This document shows, in pieces, positions 1 to 9,895 of a stretch of 32,000 nt of DNA; position 1 is the first letter of the stretch; each line of letters starts with the position of its first letter. Under the pieces are notes generated by a model. That model was given only the letters and a program-made list of their open reading frames with translations, did not search any database and was not told the origin of the DNA. The position numbers and the translations under genes are program-made. This DNA is from Ignicoccus hospitalis KIN4/I (GTDB lineage Archaea; Thermoproteota; Thermoprotei_A; Sulfolobales; Ignicoccaceae). The stretch is taken from contig NC_009776.1 in the NCBI RefSeq assembly GCF_000017945.1, positions 1,080,001 to 1,112,000 on the forward strand, in the 5' to 3' direction.

Positions 1-709
1 ATATATTGTCAAGCCCTTCTTCGGTTAGAGAAGACGCGAAGAGCACCTCGCCCAACCCGGCCTCCTCTAGAGCTTCTACCACCCTCGCGAGCGCGGGGGG
101 AGCGTCTCCCAAGCTCATCGCCAAGGACCCCAAGTCCTCCAACCAAGAATCTATTACGTTTATAATTTCCTCGCTCAATAAATCGGACTTGCTTATGACG
201 TGTATCAGCGGAACCTTCATTCTGGCCGTCACGCTCAGGCCCAGCAGCAGCGCGGAGGTGAAGGAGTAGGGATCCGCGGAACCCTCGCTTATGAAGAGCG
301 AAGGGTCTATTAGGTAAACTAGGACTGCCTTGTCGTTAGCAGTTATCTTTTTGAATAGCTCCAGCGTACTCTTCCTATACGCGAAGAGCTCCAGCTGTCC
401 GGGCGTGTCCACTATTACGTAATTGCTCTCGGTCTCCTCTATGCTCGCCCTGAGCTGGTCCGCATAAAGGAGCATCAAGTCCACGGACTTGACCAAGGCT
501 CCGTTAGGCCCCAGCCCCTCCTTCAAGAGCTCTTTGTAATTGACGTACTCCCGCACGTCTACGTCCGGAGCGTAGGGGAGGACCTCCACGGCGGGGTCCA
601 AGTTAACCCTGCAAGCGCTCATCTCGTGGTCCTCTATCCAGTCGCCCAACGTCTTGGTCATGCTAGTCTTTCCAGAGCCCGCGGTCCCTACCAAGTAAAC
701 GAAGTACAT
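1..709 (-). CDS. GPN-loop GTPase (XAB1/Npa3-like), C-terminus truncated by window edge
   Basis: My minus-strand translation from ATG at 709 begins MYFVYLVGTAGSGKTSMTKTLGDWIEDHEMSACRVNLDPAVEVLPYAPDVDVREYVNYKELLKEGLGPNGALTKSVD; P-loop GTAGSGKT, GPN motif, and YVIVDTPGQLELF. Open to the window edge. Confidence 0.92.
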   Translation of the reverse strand, partial: MYFVYLVGTAGSGKTSMTKTLGDWIEDHEMSACRVNLDPAVEVLPYAPDVDVREYVNYKELLKEGLGPNGALVKSVDLMLLYADQLRASIEETESNYVIVDTPGQLELFAYRKSTLELFKKITANDKAVLVYLIDPSLFISEGSADPYSFTSALLLGLSVTARMKVPLIHVISKSDLLSEEIINVIDSWLEDLGSLAMSLGDAPPALARVVEALEEAGLGEVLFASSLTEEGLDNI

Positions 710-779
710 GACGTCGCGTCCGCGCTCGCTCCTACACAAACCTTTAATCTATTGGTTGCCTACCCGTCCTTAGAGAGTC

Positions 780-1763
780 ATGACGTCGCTTACGGCTAAG
801 GACATTATGAGGAAAGTTTTCCCGGTTGCCGACCCGGAGGAGCCGGTCTTAGAGGCCGCGAAGAAGATGGTAGAGCACGAGTACGGCGCGGTGTTGATAC
901 TCTCAGACGACGGCACCTTGAGCGGGATAATGACCGAGAGGGACGTGCTTAGGGCGGTTGCAGAGGGGAAGGACATAGCGCAAATACCGGTCAAGGACTT
1001 GATGAAGAAAACCACCGTCGTGGTACACAAGGACGTTCCAGTAAGGCTCGTCTTGCAGCTGTTCGGCGCGTACAAAGTTAGGAGGATGCCGGTGACGGAC
1101 GACGACGGGAGGGTCATAGGAGTTATAAGCTCCACGGACGTGGTTTACGAGGCCATACCCAAGGTCCTCCACCCCCTCGCGGGCAGGATAGGGGACGCCA
1201 TGAAGCCCGCGGAGGAAGTGGAGGACAGCGTGCCCAGCGCCGCTAGGTACTTCGCCTCGAAGAAGGTGGACGGCGCGCTGGCCGGGGGCAAGCTCATATC
1301 CGAGAGGAGCGTCATAAGGGCCTTGCTGGACTCCACCAAGCCCAGCGAGAGGGCCGAGCGGGTCATCTACGTCCCGCCGGAGATGAACTTGAGGAACGCC
1401 TCTATACTCATGAAGCTGAACAAGATAAGGTTCGTGATGAACGACAACAACTACGCGTTTACGAGGGACATAGCAATAGCCGCGACGGAGAGGGCCGAGT
1501 TCACTATGAAGAGTTACATACTGATAAAGACTAAGCCGGGCTTCGAAAAGGAAATCGCAGAGAAGGCCTCCTCTTTGAAGAGCAACATAGTTAGCATAGA
1601 GTACGTCGCGGGCCCCTACGACTTGGTGTTGACGGCGCTAACCGGCCCCCAAGAGGAGGTGAAGGACTTGCTCATCCCCCTCTTAAGGGACAAGGAGCAA
1701 GTGGTTGACACTTTAACCCTTGTTGTCCTAGGGGAAAAGTACTTAGGAGGGAGCGGAGAATAA
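780..1763 (+). CDS. Tandem CBS domain protein with C-terminal Lrp/AsnC ligand-binding (RAM)-like domain
   Basis: CBS motifs (GTLSGIMTERDVLRAV, GRVIGVISSTDVV) followed by a RAM-like region SYILIKTKPGFEKEIAEKASSLKSNIVSIEYVAGPYDLVLTALTG. Confidence 0.85.
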   Translation: MTSLTAKDIMRKVFPVADPEEPVLEAAKKMVEHEYGAVLILSDDGTLSGIMTERDVLRAVAEGKDIAQIPVKDLMKKTTVVVHKDVPVRLVLQLFGAYKVRRMPVTDDDGRVIGVISSTDVVYEAIPKVLHPLAGRIGDAMKPAEEVEDSVPSAARYFASKKVDGALAGGKLISERSVIRALLDSTKPSERAERVIYVPPEMNLRNASILMKLNKIRFVMNDNNYAFTRDIAIAATERAEFTMKSYILIKTKPGFEKEIAEKASSLKSNIVSIEYVAGPYDLVLTALTGPQEEVKDLLIPLLRDKEQVVDTLTLVVLGEKYLGGSGE

Positions 1764-1790
1764 AGGACATTGAGGAAAGGGTGCTAAAGG

Positions 1791-2213
1791 ATGGCTGAGG
1801 TCCTCGCTTTCGACAGCTCAGAGAAGCTTAAGGAGTACATCGAAAAGTTGAAGGATGAGCTCGAGGAGAGGGAAATGGTCGTCAAGAAGCTTATTGAGAG
1901 CTACGAAGAGGAGGTGGCAGAGCTCGAGGTGCTCAAGAAGATGGGGGCGAGCATACAAGAGGGGGACGCGACCTTAAAGCTCTCAATAGAGGGGGTACCC
2001 CTCTACATAAGGCCTAACCCCCTGAAAGTTTACAACTTGTTAACAAAAGCCATGAGCGAGATAAACGAGCTTAAGAACGCGATATCCGTGCTGGAGAGCA
2101 TAGCGGAAAAGCTCAAGGAGTTGCCGGGCTTCGCGGTAGTGATAGAGATTAAGGGAGGGAAGCCCGTGGCCGCTTACATGGACAGGATAAAGGGCGGTAA
2201 GGAAGAGAAATAA
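1791..2213 (+). CDS. Hypothetical coiled-coil / prefoldin-like protein
   Basis: Long heptad-rich N-terminus (EKLKEYIEKLKDELEEREMVVKKLIESYEEEVAELEVLK) and C-terminal helix; prefoldin-like architecture only. Confidence 0.6.
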   Translation: MAEVLAFDSSEKLKEYIEKLKDELEEREMVVKKLIESYEEEVAELEVLKKMGASIQEGDATLKLSIEGVPLYIRPNPLKVYNLLTKAMSEINELKNAISVLESIAEKLKELPGFAVVIEIKGGKPVAAYMDRIKGGKEEK

Positions 2214-2218
2214 AAGGG

Positions 2219-3253
2219 TTAGAAGAGCTCGTAGCTCAAGTTCTCAGCTATCTTGGAGGGGTCCAAGCCAAGCTTTTTACCAGTCATTATCGTGGCTACG
2301 TCCCTCGCGTCGAGCCTCAGCAATATCAGTAAGGCTAACAAGACGGCCACCCTGAAGGGGTAGCCCGAGAAGGCCGCTAGGGCCCTCTTGCGCTGAACCC
2401 TCATGGCGTTAACCCTAACCTTGGCTAGAGCCTCGTACGGGTCCTCGGGGACGCCCTCGCCGTAAGGGGTCCTCCGGAGCAGCGGGACCACCTCGTCCGG
2501 CTTGGCTTGGACCAAGGCCCTCACGAGGTCTTGGTCGCACGCCGGCGGCTCCGCGGGCAGCTTCAAGCCCTTTAGGATGGCCCTCCCTACGAGGGTGACG
2601 GCGAGAGCGTCTATTTCCGGACAGAGGAGCTTGCTTATCTCTATCTTGCTGGTGCCCACGTTCATGCTCTTTCCTATCCTGGTTATTACGTTATACATAG
2701 ACTTCAGCAACATGACGTCCATAGCCAGCACGAAGGCCGACAAGTCCTTGTAGCTGCGGTACATCTCCACCGCTTGTTCTATGTAAGAAGCCATCTTGAA
2801 GCCCTTCAGAGCTTGAGCTAAGCCCTCCAAGCCCCTCTCCTTTATCACCAAGAGGGTGGTCGACACTACCGGATCGTCCTTAAATAGGAGGAAGCCCTCA
2901 ACCTCCTTCAAGTCCTTCCCCGAGACGGCGGCCCTCACTATTAACATCACGTCCCTTGCCCTGAGCCAGTCCACTAAGTTGTCTATCATCAGCTTCAAGT
3001 TGTATGAGGGCACGTAGCCTCTGAGCTTCATCAGTATCTCGTAGTACTTCTGGCACGCGAGCCTCTCCAGCTCCTCCGAGCTGGCCTCCTCTACCGCTAC
3101 CCCCTCGAGCCAAGTTCCCCTGAGCGCGTTCTGCACCTCCTCCGGGGTGGAGGCGGTGAGCAAGCTGAGCTCCTTCTCTTTATCGAGTATCTGCCCTCTG
3201 TACATGTAAACGAGGGCCGTGGGAGAGATCAGCTCCGCCGGCAACGCGCTCAC
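2219..3253 (-). CDS. atpC: A/V-type ATP synthase subunit C
   Basis: 344 aa ORF resembling the archaeal V-type ATPase C/d subunit family (helical, YNLKLMIDNLVDWLRARDVMLI); overlaps the start of the downstream-labelled coiled-coil subunit gene. Confidence 0.75.
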   Translation of the reverse strand: MSALPAELISPTALVYMYRGQILDKEKELSLLTASTPEEVQNALRGTWLEGVAVEEASSEELERLACQKYYEILMKLRGYVPSYNLKLMIDNLVDWLRARDVMLIVRAAVSGKDLKEVEGFLLFKDDPVVSTTLLVIKERGLEGLAQALKGFKMASYIEQAVEMYRSYKDLSAFVLAMDVMLLKSMYNVITRIGKSMNVGTSKIEISKLLCPEIDALAVTLVGRAILKGLKLPAEPPACDQDLVRALVQAKPDEVVPLLRRTPYGEGVPEDPYEALAKVRVNAMRVQRKRALAAFSGYPFRVAVLLALLILLRLDARDVATIMTGKKLGLDPSKIAENLSYELF

Positions 3254-3591
3254 CCGAACAGGGCGCTCAAGACCGCCTCGACCGCCTTGTCCTTGTTGCT
3301 CTCGAACTTCCTCTCCAGCTCGTTGAGCAACTCTTGGAGCCTCCTAGCGGCCTCCTCCCGGTAGCTCTGAAGCGAGGCCGCCAGCTGTTGGTTTAGGGAC
3401 TCCTTGAGCTCGTCCAACTTCTTCTTGTACTCCGCCTCCATCTCCTCCGCGAGCTTGGCGGCCTCCGCGACCACGCCCCCGGCCTCCTCCTCGGCGCCCC
3501 TTATGGACTCTTTGACCTCCTTCTCTACCTTCTCCAAGTTCTTGAGGAACTTCTCAAACTGTTCGTTTAACGTCTTGAGGTCGCTGGCCAA
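3250..3591 (-). CDS. A/V-type ATPase peripheral stalk coiled-coil subunit (H/E-like)
   Basis: Short, highly charged coiled coil, 4 bp overlap with the subunit C gene, same strand. Confidence 0.6.
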   Translation of the reverse strand: MASDLKTLNEQFEKFLKNLEKVEKEVKESIRGAEEEAGGVVAEAAKLAEEMEAEYKKKLDELKESLNQQLAASLQSYREEAARRLQELLNELERKFESNKDKAVEAVLSALFG

Positions 3592-3676
3592 GCCCTTACC
3601 CCTGCCTCCTCACGCCCTCGAGGTTTAAGGACTATTCTACTCAATAGCCGTAAGCCCGAGGGGCGCGGGGGGGAAC

Positions 3677-4327
3677 TTGAGGGCCTTCGAGGCGCTCAAG
3701 GCTGTGCAAAGGCACTTGAGGGCGTGGGACTTGAAGTTCAAGGAGGGGAGCCCGAAGGTCTGCTTGCCCTCCGAGCTCCCCGAGGTCCCCGCGGGGGAGG
3801 GGCTGGACAAGGTTAAGGGTTGGATAGAGGTCTCCGAGGAGTATTGGAACTCCTTCGAGTGCGAGGAGGTAACTGTGCCGGCCGCTTACGACGGCAAGCG
3901 GGTAGTTTACGACCCCTCGGCCGGCGACGAGGCCGTGAAGTACTTGATAGCCTCCGTGTACGAACACTACTTGAACCACAAGCTGGAGGGAGCCCTCCCG
4001 AGGCTCTGGGAGAAGCGCTACGTGTACGTGCTATCCAAGGTCTACGGCCGCTTGGGGGCGCTGGAGGCGCTTAGGGCCTCCTTCGAGGCGAGCGACCTCT
4101 TCGACTCGGCCGCGATGAGGGCCGCCTCCAAGGGCCCGGATGACGGGGAGCTGGACGTGAAGCTCTTCCCCTCCGAGAAGGTGCGCTTGTTCTTAGACGG
4201 CGGGGCGGAGCTGGACGAGAGGTTGGAGAAAGTTATCATCAACAGCCCTGAGTTCGAGAAAAAGCTCTTCGCCACGGTAATTTTGGCAGAAGCGCGGAAG
4301 TTTATTAGAAATGGTTCGATCGCTTAA
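3677..4327 (+). CDS. Hypothetical protein
   Basis: 216 aa ORF with typical codon pattern; no family recognised. Confidence 0.6.
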   Translation: MRAFEALKAVQRHLRAWDLKFKEGSPKVCLPSELPEVPAGEGLDKVKGWIEVSEEYWNSFECEEVTVPAAYDGKRVVYDPSAGDEAVKYLIASVYEHYLNHKLEGALPRLWEKRYVYVLSKVYGRLGALEALRASFEASDLFDSAAMRAASKGPDDGELDVKLFPSEKVRLFLDGGAELDERLEKVIINSPEFEKKLFATVILAEARKFIRNGSIA

Positions 4328-4341
4328 AACCGGCGGCGCGG

Positions 4342-4641
4342 ATGAAGGCCTTCGCCGTGTTCCTCAGCGAGGGCGACGTGTACGAGGACGTTCCCTTGCA
4401 CAAGGTGATTATGGAGAAGGCTAAAGAAATGGGGATATCTGGCATGACTATAATAAAGGGTTATACAGGCTACGGCAAACACAAGGGCACCAGCGAGATA
4501 GACCCGTTCCACGGCTACGGGGACAAGCCGGTAATAGTCGTCGTGATAGAGGAGGAGGAGAAGGGCAAGAAGTTCGTTGAGCTCGTTAAGAGCCTTAAGA
4601 GCGACGCCCTCGTGGTCTCTTGGAACGTGGAGCGCCTATGA
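4342..4641 (+). CDS. DUF190 family protein
   Basis: MKAFAVFLSEGDVYEDVPLHKVIMEKAKEMGISGMTIIKGYTGYG...KPVIVVVIEEEEK is characteristic of DUF190. Confidence 0.85.
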   Translation: MKAFAVFLSEGDVYEDVPLHKVIMEKAKEMGISGMTIIKGYTGYGKHKGTSEIDPFHGYGDKPVIVVVIEEEEKGKKFVELVKSLKSDALVVSWNVERL

Positions 4642-4651
4642 GGGAGAGGTC

Positions 4652-5377
4652 ATGGTGGACTTGAGACACCCCCTAGTGCAGGCCGCGTTAATGGTCAACG
4701 AAAAAGAGGTGACTACGAAGCTGCTCCCGTCCAACGCTTACGCGAGCTTAGAGGAGAGCGTCAAGGACTTGGCCGGGCCTTCCGGCTGTCGTCACATAAT
4801 AATAAACATAGGGCTGGTAAACGACAAATGGGACGTAGTAGAGGCGTTAGTGTGTGAGGGCGAGCTGGTCGCTTCTAACGTCGACCTCAAGAGCTACGCG
4901 CCCGAGGCCGAGGTAGAAAGGGTCGTGGGCGAGTGTTACGAGTTCCCCAAGGAATTGATCGAGAAGCTCGAAGAGCTCTCGAAAGTTGAGGTTAAGGAAG
5001 AGGTTGAAAGGTACGAGGCTGTGAAAGTAGTCCGGGCCCCGCCCCTCCCGAGGGCCCGGGCGGAAGAGATAGCCGCGAGGGAGCCCAAGCTCCCGACGGA
5101 CTTGTTGAACAACTTAACGGACGAGTGGGCCACTTACAAGTCCATATCCCACGCACTCATAATCTTCTTGGAAACCAGCGAAGTGGACTCTTACGCCGTG
5201 GCCACGGGCTCCACCGAGGACGGTAAAATAATTAGCTTGGTCTACCTCCCGGCTGAGTACAAGCCCAAGATGGAGGAATTGGAAAAAGAGATAATTAGGG
5301 TTGCCTCTGAGAACGATGTAGACATAGTTTACTTGAACGTAGGAGGGGCGGAAAAGCTAATATCCACTCGGGGATGA
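4652..5377 (+). CDS. Hypothetical protein upstream of sufC
   Basis: ORF 4577..5377; GGGAGAGG ribosome-binding-like sequence before ATG at 4652 favours that start. Confidence 0.6.
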   Translation: MVDLRHPLVQAALMVNEKEVTTKLLPSNAYASLEESVKDLAGPSGCRHIIINIGLVNDKWDVVEALVCEGELVASNVDLKSYAPEAEVERVVGECYEFPKELIEKLEELSKVEVKEEVERYEAVKVVRAPPLPRARAEEIAAREPKLPTDLLNNLTDEWATYKSISHALIIFLETSEVDSYAVATGSTEDGKIISLVYLPAEYKPKMEELEKEIIRVASENDVDIVYLNVGGAEKLISTRG

Positions 5378-5466
5378 GGAGCCCGGTTTTAGCTGAACCT
5401 CATGAGGAAGAGTTGCTCCCCCAACCCCACTATCCATTTACCCCATCTGCCGTAGCGGGGCTCCGG

Positions 5467-6186
5467 ATGCGCGAGTTGCAGGGCCTCGAAGTGGTTGACC
5501 TATGGGTCAGCGTCGGGAATAAGACCATACTAAAGGGGGTAAACCTCAAGCTCCCGAGGGGCGAGTTCCACGCCTTAGTGGGGCCCAACGGCGCGGGAAA
5601 GAGCACCTTGGCAATGACCTTGGCCGGCTACCCGGGGTACAAGGTGGTCAAGGGTGACATACTATTAGACGGGGAGAGTATCAAGGACCTCCCCCCAGAG
5701 GAGAGGGCGAAGAAGGGGCTCGCGGTGCTCCTCCAGCACCCGCCGGAGCTGGAGGGGATAAGGGTGGCGGAGCTGCTCGAGAGGCTCAAGGGCTTGTACG
5801 GCTGCAAGGATAGCGTGGAAGACTTGTTGCGCAGGGTAGGGCTGCCGAGCGACATGGCCTTCCGGTACGTCAACGTGGGCTTCAGCGGAGGGGAGAGGAA
5901 GAGGTTCGACTTGGCGAGGGTAATAGCCATGAGACCTAAGATAGTCGTAATGGATGAGCCCGATTCCGGCGTCGACGTAGAAAGCATCAAGAGGATTGCG
6001 GACGGAATAAAGTGGCTGCTCTCCCAGAACGCCGGAGTTTTGGTCATAACCCACTACAGGAACATCTTGAAATACGTTAAGCCCCATCTGGTCCACGTTA
6101 TGATAGACGGGAGGATAGTCAAGAGCGGGGGGCCCGAGATCCTCGAAGTTATTGAAGAAAAGGGCTTCGCGGGGGTGGTAGCATGA
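5467..6186 (+). CDS. sufC: Fe-S cluster assembly ATPase SufC
   Basis: Walker A GPNGAGKST, signature FSGGERKRFDLARV, Walker B IVVMDEPDSGVDVE; Fe-S ABC ATPase. ORF is open from 5374 but homology begins near ATG 5467. Confidence 0.92.
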   Translation: MRELQGLEVVDLWVSVGNKTILKGVNLKLPRGEFHALVGPNGAGKSTLAMTLAGYPGYKVVKGDILLDGESIKDLPPEERAKKGLAVLLQHPPELEGIRVAELLERLKGLYGCKDSVEDLLRRVGLPSDMAFRYVNVGFSGGERKRFDLARVIAMRPKIVVMDEPDSGVDVESIKRIADGIKWLLSQNAGVLVITHYRNILKYVKPHLVHVMIDGRIVKSGGPEILEVIEEKGFAGVVA

Positions 6187-7499
6187 ACGAGGTCCAGATA
6201 ATTAAGTACTACGCGGAAGAGATATCCAAGAAACTGAAGGAGCCCGAGTGGGCGCTGAGGCTCAGACTGAAGGCTGCAGAGCTCTACCCAAAGGTCCCAG
6301 CGCCGCCGTGGATGCCCGAAGACTTCGACTTGGAGGCCTTCGCCGCTAAAGCGGCGGAGGAGGAGTTCGTGAAGCCCGGGGAGGGCGAGATACCGGACTG
6401 GTACAAGGCCTTACTCGAGAGGATAGGAGTGCCGGACATAGAGCAGAGCGCGCTGGCCGGAGTTACGGTGATGGTTAACGAGAACGTGGTCTATGAGGCG
6501 CAGAAGAGGGACCTCATGAGGAAGGGAGTGATACTCAAATCGATGGACGAGGCCGTGAGGGAACACGAGGAATTCGTGAAGGAGAGGCTCCACTCCGCCC
6601 AGAGGCCGGAGGCCCACAAGCTGGCCGCCCTCCACGCCGCCCTCCGGAGGGGAGGGACCTTCATGTACGTCCCGCCGAGGGTCAGGGTACCCTTCCCGGT
6701 CCAAGCGTTCTTCGTGATAACGGAGGAACAACTGGCACAGACGGAACACACCATGATAATAGCAGACGAGGGAAGCTACGTACACTTCATAGAGGGCTGT
6801 ATAGTCCCCATCCCGGCGCCCTTCAGCGTACACTTGGGCGGCAGCGAGTTCTTCGTTGAGAGGGGCGCTAGGCTGAGGGTCTCCAGCCTCCAAGACTGGC
6901 TGGGCGACGTAGTACACGTGCCGGTCAAGGGCGCGATAGTGAAGGAGAGGGGAACTCTGGAAGAGCTCGGGGTGAGCTTCGGAGGGACCAAGATAGGCAT
7001 GAGGCCCACCATAAGGTTGGTCGGCGAGGGGGCCAAGCTCTCCTTCAACAACGTAGCGCTACTAAAGAAGGAGATGAGGTCTTGGAGCGGCTCCTTCGTT
7101 AAGATGGAGGCTCCGAGGACCAGCGCCACTGTAATAAATAGGAGCGTGATGCTGGACAAGTCCTTCGAGGAGTTCTTGGGCGAGATAGACGTGGAGAGGG
7201 GGGCGAAGGGAGTAAAGGGCTATCAGTCTTGTAACACCCTCCTGCTGAGCGACGAAGCCACTAACGTGACCATACCGAAGCTCGTAAGCAAGACGTCCGA
7301 CGCTGAGCTGGCGCACGAGGGCACGGTAGGGAAGCTCGGCGAGGAACAGCTGTTCTACTTGAGGTCCATGGGCTTCACCGAGCCCGAGGCTGTACAGATG
7401 CTAACCATAGGCTTCATAGACCCGCTCGTGAAGGACTTACCTAGCGACTACGTCAGGGCAATAAGGGAGATAGTTAAGATGACCCTCAACGCCTCGTGA
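6183..7499 (+). CDS. sufB: Fe-S cluster assembly scaffold SufB/SufD family
   Basis: Overlaps sufC by 4 bp; YVHFIEGC, GTVGKLGEEQLFYLRSMGFTEPEAVQMLTIGFIDPLV typical of SufB/D. Confidence 0.9.
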   Translation: MNEVQIIKYYAEEISKKLKEPEWALRLRLKAAELYPKVPAPPWMPEDFDLEAFAAKAAEEEFVKPGEGEIPDWYKALLERIGVPDIEQSALAGVTVMVNENVVYEAQKRDLMRKGVILKSMDEAVREHEEFVKERLHSAQRPEAHKLAALHAALRRGGTFMYVPPRVRVPFPVQAFFVITEEQLAQTEHTMIIADEGSYVHFIEGCIVPIPAPFSVHLGGSEFFVERGARLRVSSLQDWLGDVVHVPVKGAIVKERGTLEELGVSFGGTKIGMRPTIRLVGEGAKLSFNNVALLKKEMRSWSGSFVKMEAPRTSATVINRSVMLDKSFEEFLGEIDVERGAKGVKGYQSCNTLLLSDEATNVTIPKLVSKTSDAELAHEGTVGKLGEEQLFYLRSMGFTEPEAVQMLTIGFIDPLVKDLPSDYVRAIREIVKMTLNAS

Positions 7500-7549
7500 G
7501 GCTCCAACCTTTATTATTTTTGTTCCTAAGTAGGACCCCGGAAGGGAGT

Positions 7550-7924
7550 ATGCCCGAAGAGGAGAAGAAGGAGGAAGTAAAGGAACAAGAGCAACAGAAG
7601 AAGAAAGTGGACATAAAGGCGCTGGTCAAGCTGGTGCCGCCGGCCAGCGCCCTCAAGCAGAGGACCAGCAAGGCCAGGGAGAAGAGGATAAGGCTGAGGT
7701 TGAAGGACGTCAAGCCCACTCAAGCTAAGATAAACCCGAACCTAGCGGAACAGCTGGGCATAACCGACAAGCTCGAGATAGCTGTATCCGGCAAGAAGTT
7801 CGTCTTCGAGGCGGTAAAGGACTCCTCAGTGCCGGAGAACGAGGTACACGTGAACGAGGAGCTGATGAGGGAGAACGGGATCTCGGACAACACCATAGCT
7901 ACCGTGAGGGCCCACCGCGGCTAG
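7550..7924 (+). CDS. Hypothetical crenarchaeal protein with lysine/glutamate-rich N-terminus
   Basis: ORF 7496..7924; ATG 7550 has the upstream GGAAGGGAG motif. Family not recognised. Confidence 0.6.
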   Translation: MPEEEKKEEVKEQEQQKKKVDIKALVKLVPPASALKQRTSKAREKRIRLRLKDVKPTQAKINPNLAEQLGITDKLEIAVSGKKFVFEAVKDSSVPENEVHVNEELMRENGISDNTIATVRAHRG

Positions 7925-9624
7925 GTGCCCTTAACTTCCTCCCTAAGGATCTTCAGCAAGTACTTTATCAAATCGGCCTTAGTTACCATGCCTACTAACT
8001 TAACGTTTTCGTCGATGACCATAGCGTGGTCCTCGCTCTTGTTCATCATTAACTCGATGACGTAAGCTATGCTAACTTTTTTATACACTATTACGCGGGG
8101 CAAGTACATTATCTCCTTTATCCTCTTACTGGGCTCCTCGACGATTAGCTCCTCCAAGCTCACCTCCCCTACGAGCTTGTCGTTCGCGTCCACCACCGGG
8201 TAGTGGTTGTGGGTTTCCTTGGCTGCCAAGTCCAAAGCCTCCGCTACCGTCATGTTCTCCGTGAACCTCAAGACGTTCTTATTAACTATATTTTCAACCT
8301 CCACCCTCAACGCCTTCTCGAACCCCTTCTTCTCCTTTAACTTCAAGTATATCTCAATGATACTCCTCTTCTTTATGTCTTGGGGCTCCGGGAGCTGGCC
8401 GGCGACCAAGCTTACGGGCAAGGTGAGCAAGTAGCCCACGCTGGCGGCCACGGTCGAGGTGAAGAAGGCTCCGAAGCCCAAAAACTCTACCCCTATGAGA
8501 ACGCTAGTTAGCAAGGTCTTCATTGAGGAGGCGAACAGCGAGGAGACGCCAGCTATCATTATTGGTTCAACCGTATGTATGGAGAAGAACTTGGCGTAGA
8601 GTAACCCTAGGGCGGAACCTATAGAGACCAAAGGCATGAAGAGGCCTCCGGTGGCGCCCCAAGTTAAGGATAGGGGGAGCAACAGGGACTTGGCTACGGC
8701 AACCAAGGCTAAGGTCTCTTCCTCGAGGGACTCGGGCTCGTTGAACACCTTTTCTGTCAACAAGTCGCCCGCCCCCGGCACCAAGGGGGATACGAGGAAA
8801 GTGGACGCTATTATTAACAAGCTCAACGCTAGGGGCGGGACGAACCAGTACCTCCTCCTCACGAACTTGTCGGACAGTTCGCCGCTCTTGTGCTTAATGA
8901 AGTAGATTATGTACGTAAGGGCGGCCGCAGTGCCCCCTACACCCAAGGAGGCGAGGACCACGTCCAAGCTCGGGTAGGGGGGCTTGAAGGGCCTGCTTAC
9001 CAACAGAAGCCTCTGGGGGCCCGCGAGGAACACCGTGACCAAGTACGAGGTGAGGGTGGCGACTAGGGCTTGTAGGAAGATCCCCCCTTCTATGGCCCTC
9101 TTGTAGGGCACCTCCATTGCGAACGCCATGGCCGTTAGGGGGGCTCTAAATACCGAGGCCACCCCCGCCGCCGCCCCTACCAGTACCATCCTCTTCAGCT
9201 CTTCCCCCCTCGCCCCCAACCACCAAGCGAGCCAGTAGCCGAAGAAGGCGCCGAGCGCTATTCCGGGGCCCTCGGGGCCCACCACCGCGCCCCCTAAGGC
9301 TGAAGTAATGGAGCCCAGCGTGTAAACGGCGAGCTCCTTCTTGCCTATGTAGCCCAACTTCGCGTGGTAGGAGCGCACCACGTAGCTTGTGGAGGAGCCG
9401 TGGAGGGTGCCGAGCAACTTCTTCAAGAAGTACGCGGTGAAGAGTATGCTCGAAACGGAGACGAGAGCGAATAGGTGAGGGTAATTCGTAGCGAGGACGT
9501 ATCTGAACTTGTTGGACCATACGAATACGTCCGTGAAGAAAGCGACTGCCGCGCCGGAGACCAAGCCTATTAGGAAGGCCGCGCCGAGCGCTTGTAGGTC
9601 CTCTGGGAGGTCATTAACCTTCAC
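7921..9624 (-). CDS. ClC-type voltage-gated chloride channel/antiporter with C-terminal CBS pair
   Basis: GGAVVGPEGPGIALGAFFGYW, multiple TM helices, then CBS motifs (TVAEALDLAAKETHNHYPVVD; HAMVIDENVKLVGMVTKADL). Confidence 0.92.
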   Translation of the reverse strand: MKVNDLPEDLQALGAAFLIGLVSGAAVAFFTDVFVWSNKFRYVLATNYPHLFALVSVSSILFTAYFLKKLLGTLHGSSTSYVVRSYHAKLGYIGKKELAVYTLGSITSALGGAVVGPEGPGIALGAFFGYWLAWWLGARGEELKRMVLVGAAAGVASVFRAPLTAMAFAMEVPYKRAIEGGIFLQALVATLTSYLVTVFLAGPQRLLLVSRPFKPPYPSLDVVLASLGVGGTAAALTYIIYFIKHKSGELSDKFVRRRYWFVPPLALSLLIIASTFLVSPLVPGAGDLLTEKVFNEPESLEEETLALVAVAKSLLLPLSLTWGATGGLFMPLVSIGSALGLLYAKFFSIHTVEPIMIAGVSSLFASSMKTLLTSVLIGVEFLGFGAFFTSTVAASVGYLLTLPVSLVAGQLPEPQDIKKRSIIEIYLKLKEKKGFEKALRVEVENIVNKNVLRFTENMTVAEALDLAAKETHNHYPVVDANDKLVGEVSLEELIVEEPSKRIKEIMYLPRVIVYKKVSIAYVIELMMNKSEDHAMVIDENVKLVGMVTKADLIKYLLKILREEVKGT

Positions 9625-9670
9625 TTAAGCCCCTCTTAGGGAGCTGGGCCAAACTCTAAAAACGCGTGTT

Positions 9671-9778
9671 TTAGTTCTCGAGGGCTACTTCCTCTTCGTA
9701 CGGAAAAACTCCCTCCTCGAAGTCCTCCGGCGGTAGGGGCAACACCATGGGTCTCTTGGGTACTACCTTCACGCTCAT
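9671..9778 (-). CDS. Possible small protein (35 aa)
   Basis: MSVKVVPKRPMVLPLPPEDFEEGVFPYEEEVALEN; preceded on the minus strand by an AT-rich TATTTTATAAG TATA-like element. Absent from the supplied ORF track because of its size. Confidence 0.4.
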   Translation of the reverse strand: MSVKVVPKRPMVLPLPPEDFEEGVFPYEEEVALEN

Positions 9779-9895
9779 CTTCTCGTTCCCCGTGTGGGGG
9801 TTAGGAGAGGAGGGCTTATAAAATAGGCATATATAAGTGTTTGTGATTGTAAAAGAAATATAGCTTCACAAAACCCGTATATGTCAGCTCAGACC

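Noticed and set aside
2985-3045. Repeated TCATCAG pattern suggesting a minus-strand C/D box RNA
   Set aside because: Falls inside the ATPase subunit C coding sequence and spacing and D boxes are wrong; explained by codon repetition.
3641-4275. Antisense ORFs 3641..3979 and 4042..4275 opposite the hypothetical gene 3677..4327
   Set aside because: Composition typical of shadow ORFs; the plus-strand ORF is longer and has normal protein composition.
5350-5405. Possible C/D box sRNA (GGATGAGG...CTGA...TCATGAGG) near the sufC start
   Set aside because: C and C' boxes do not match RUGAUGA and there is no downstream D box at guide distance.
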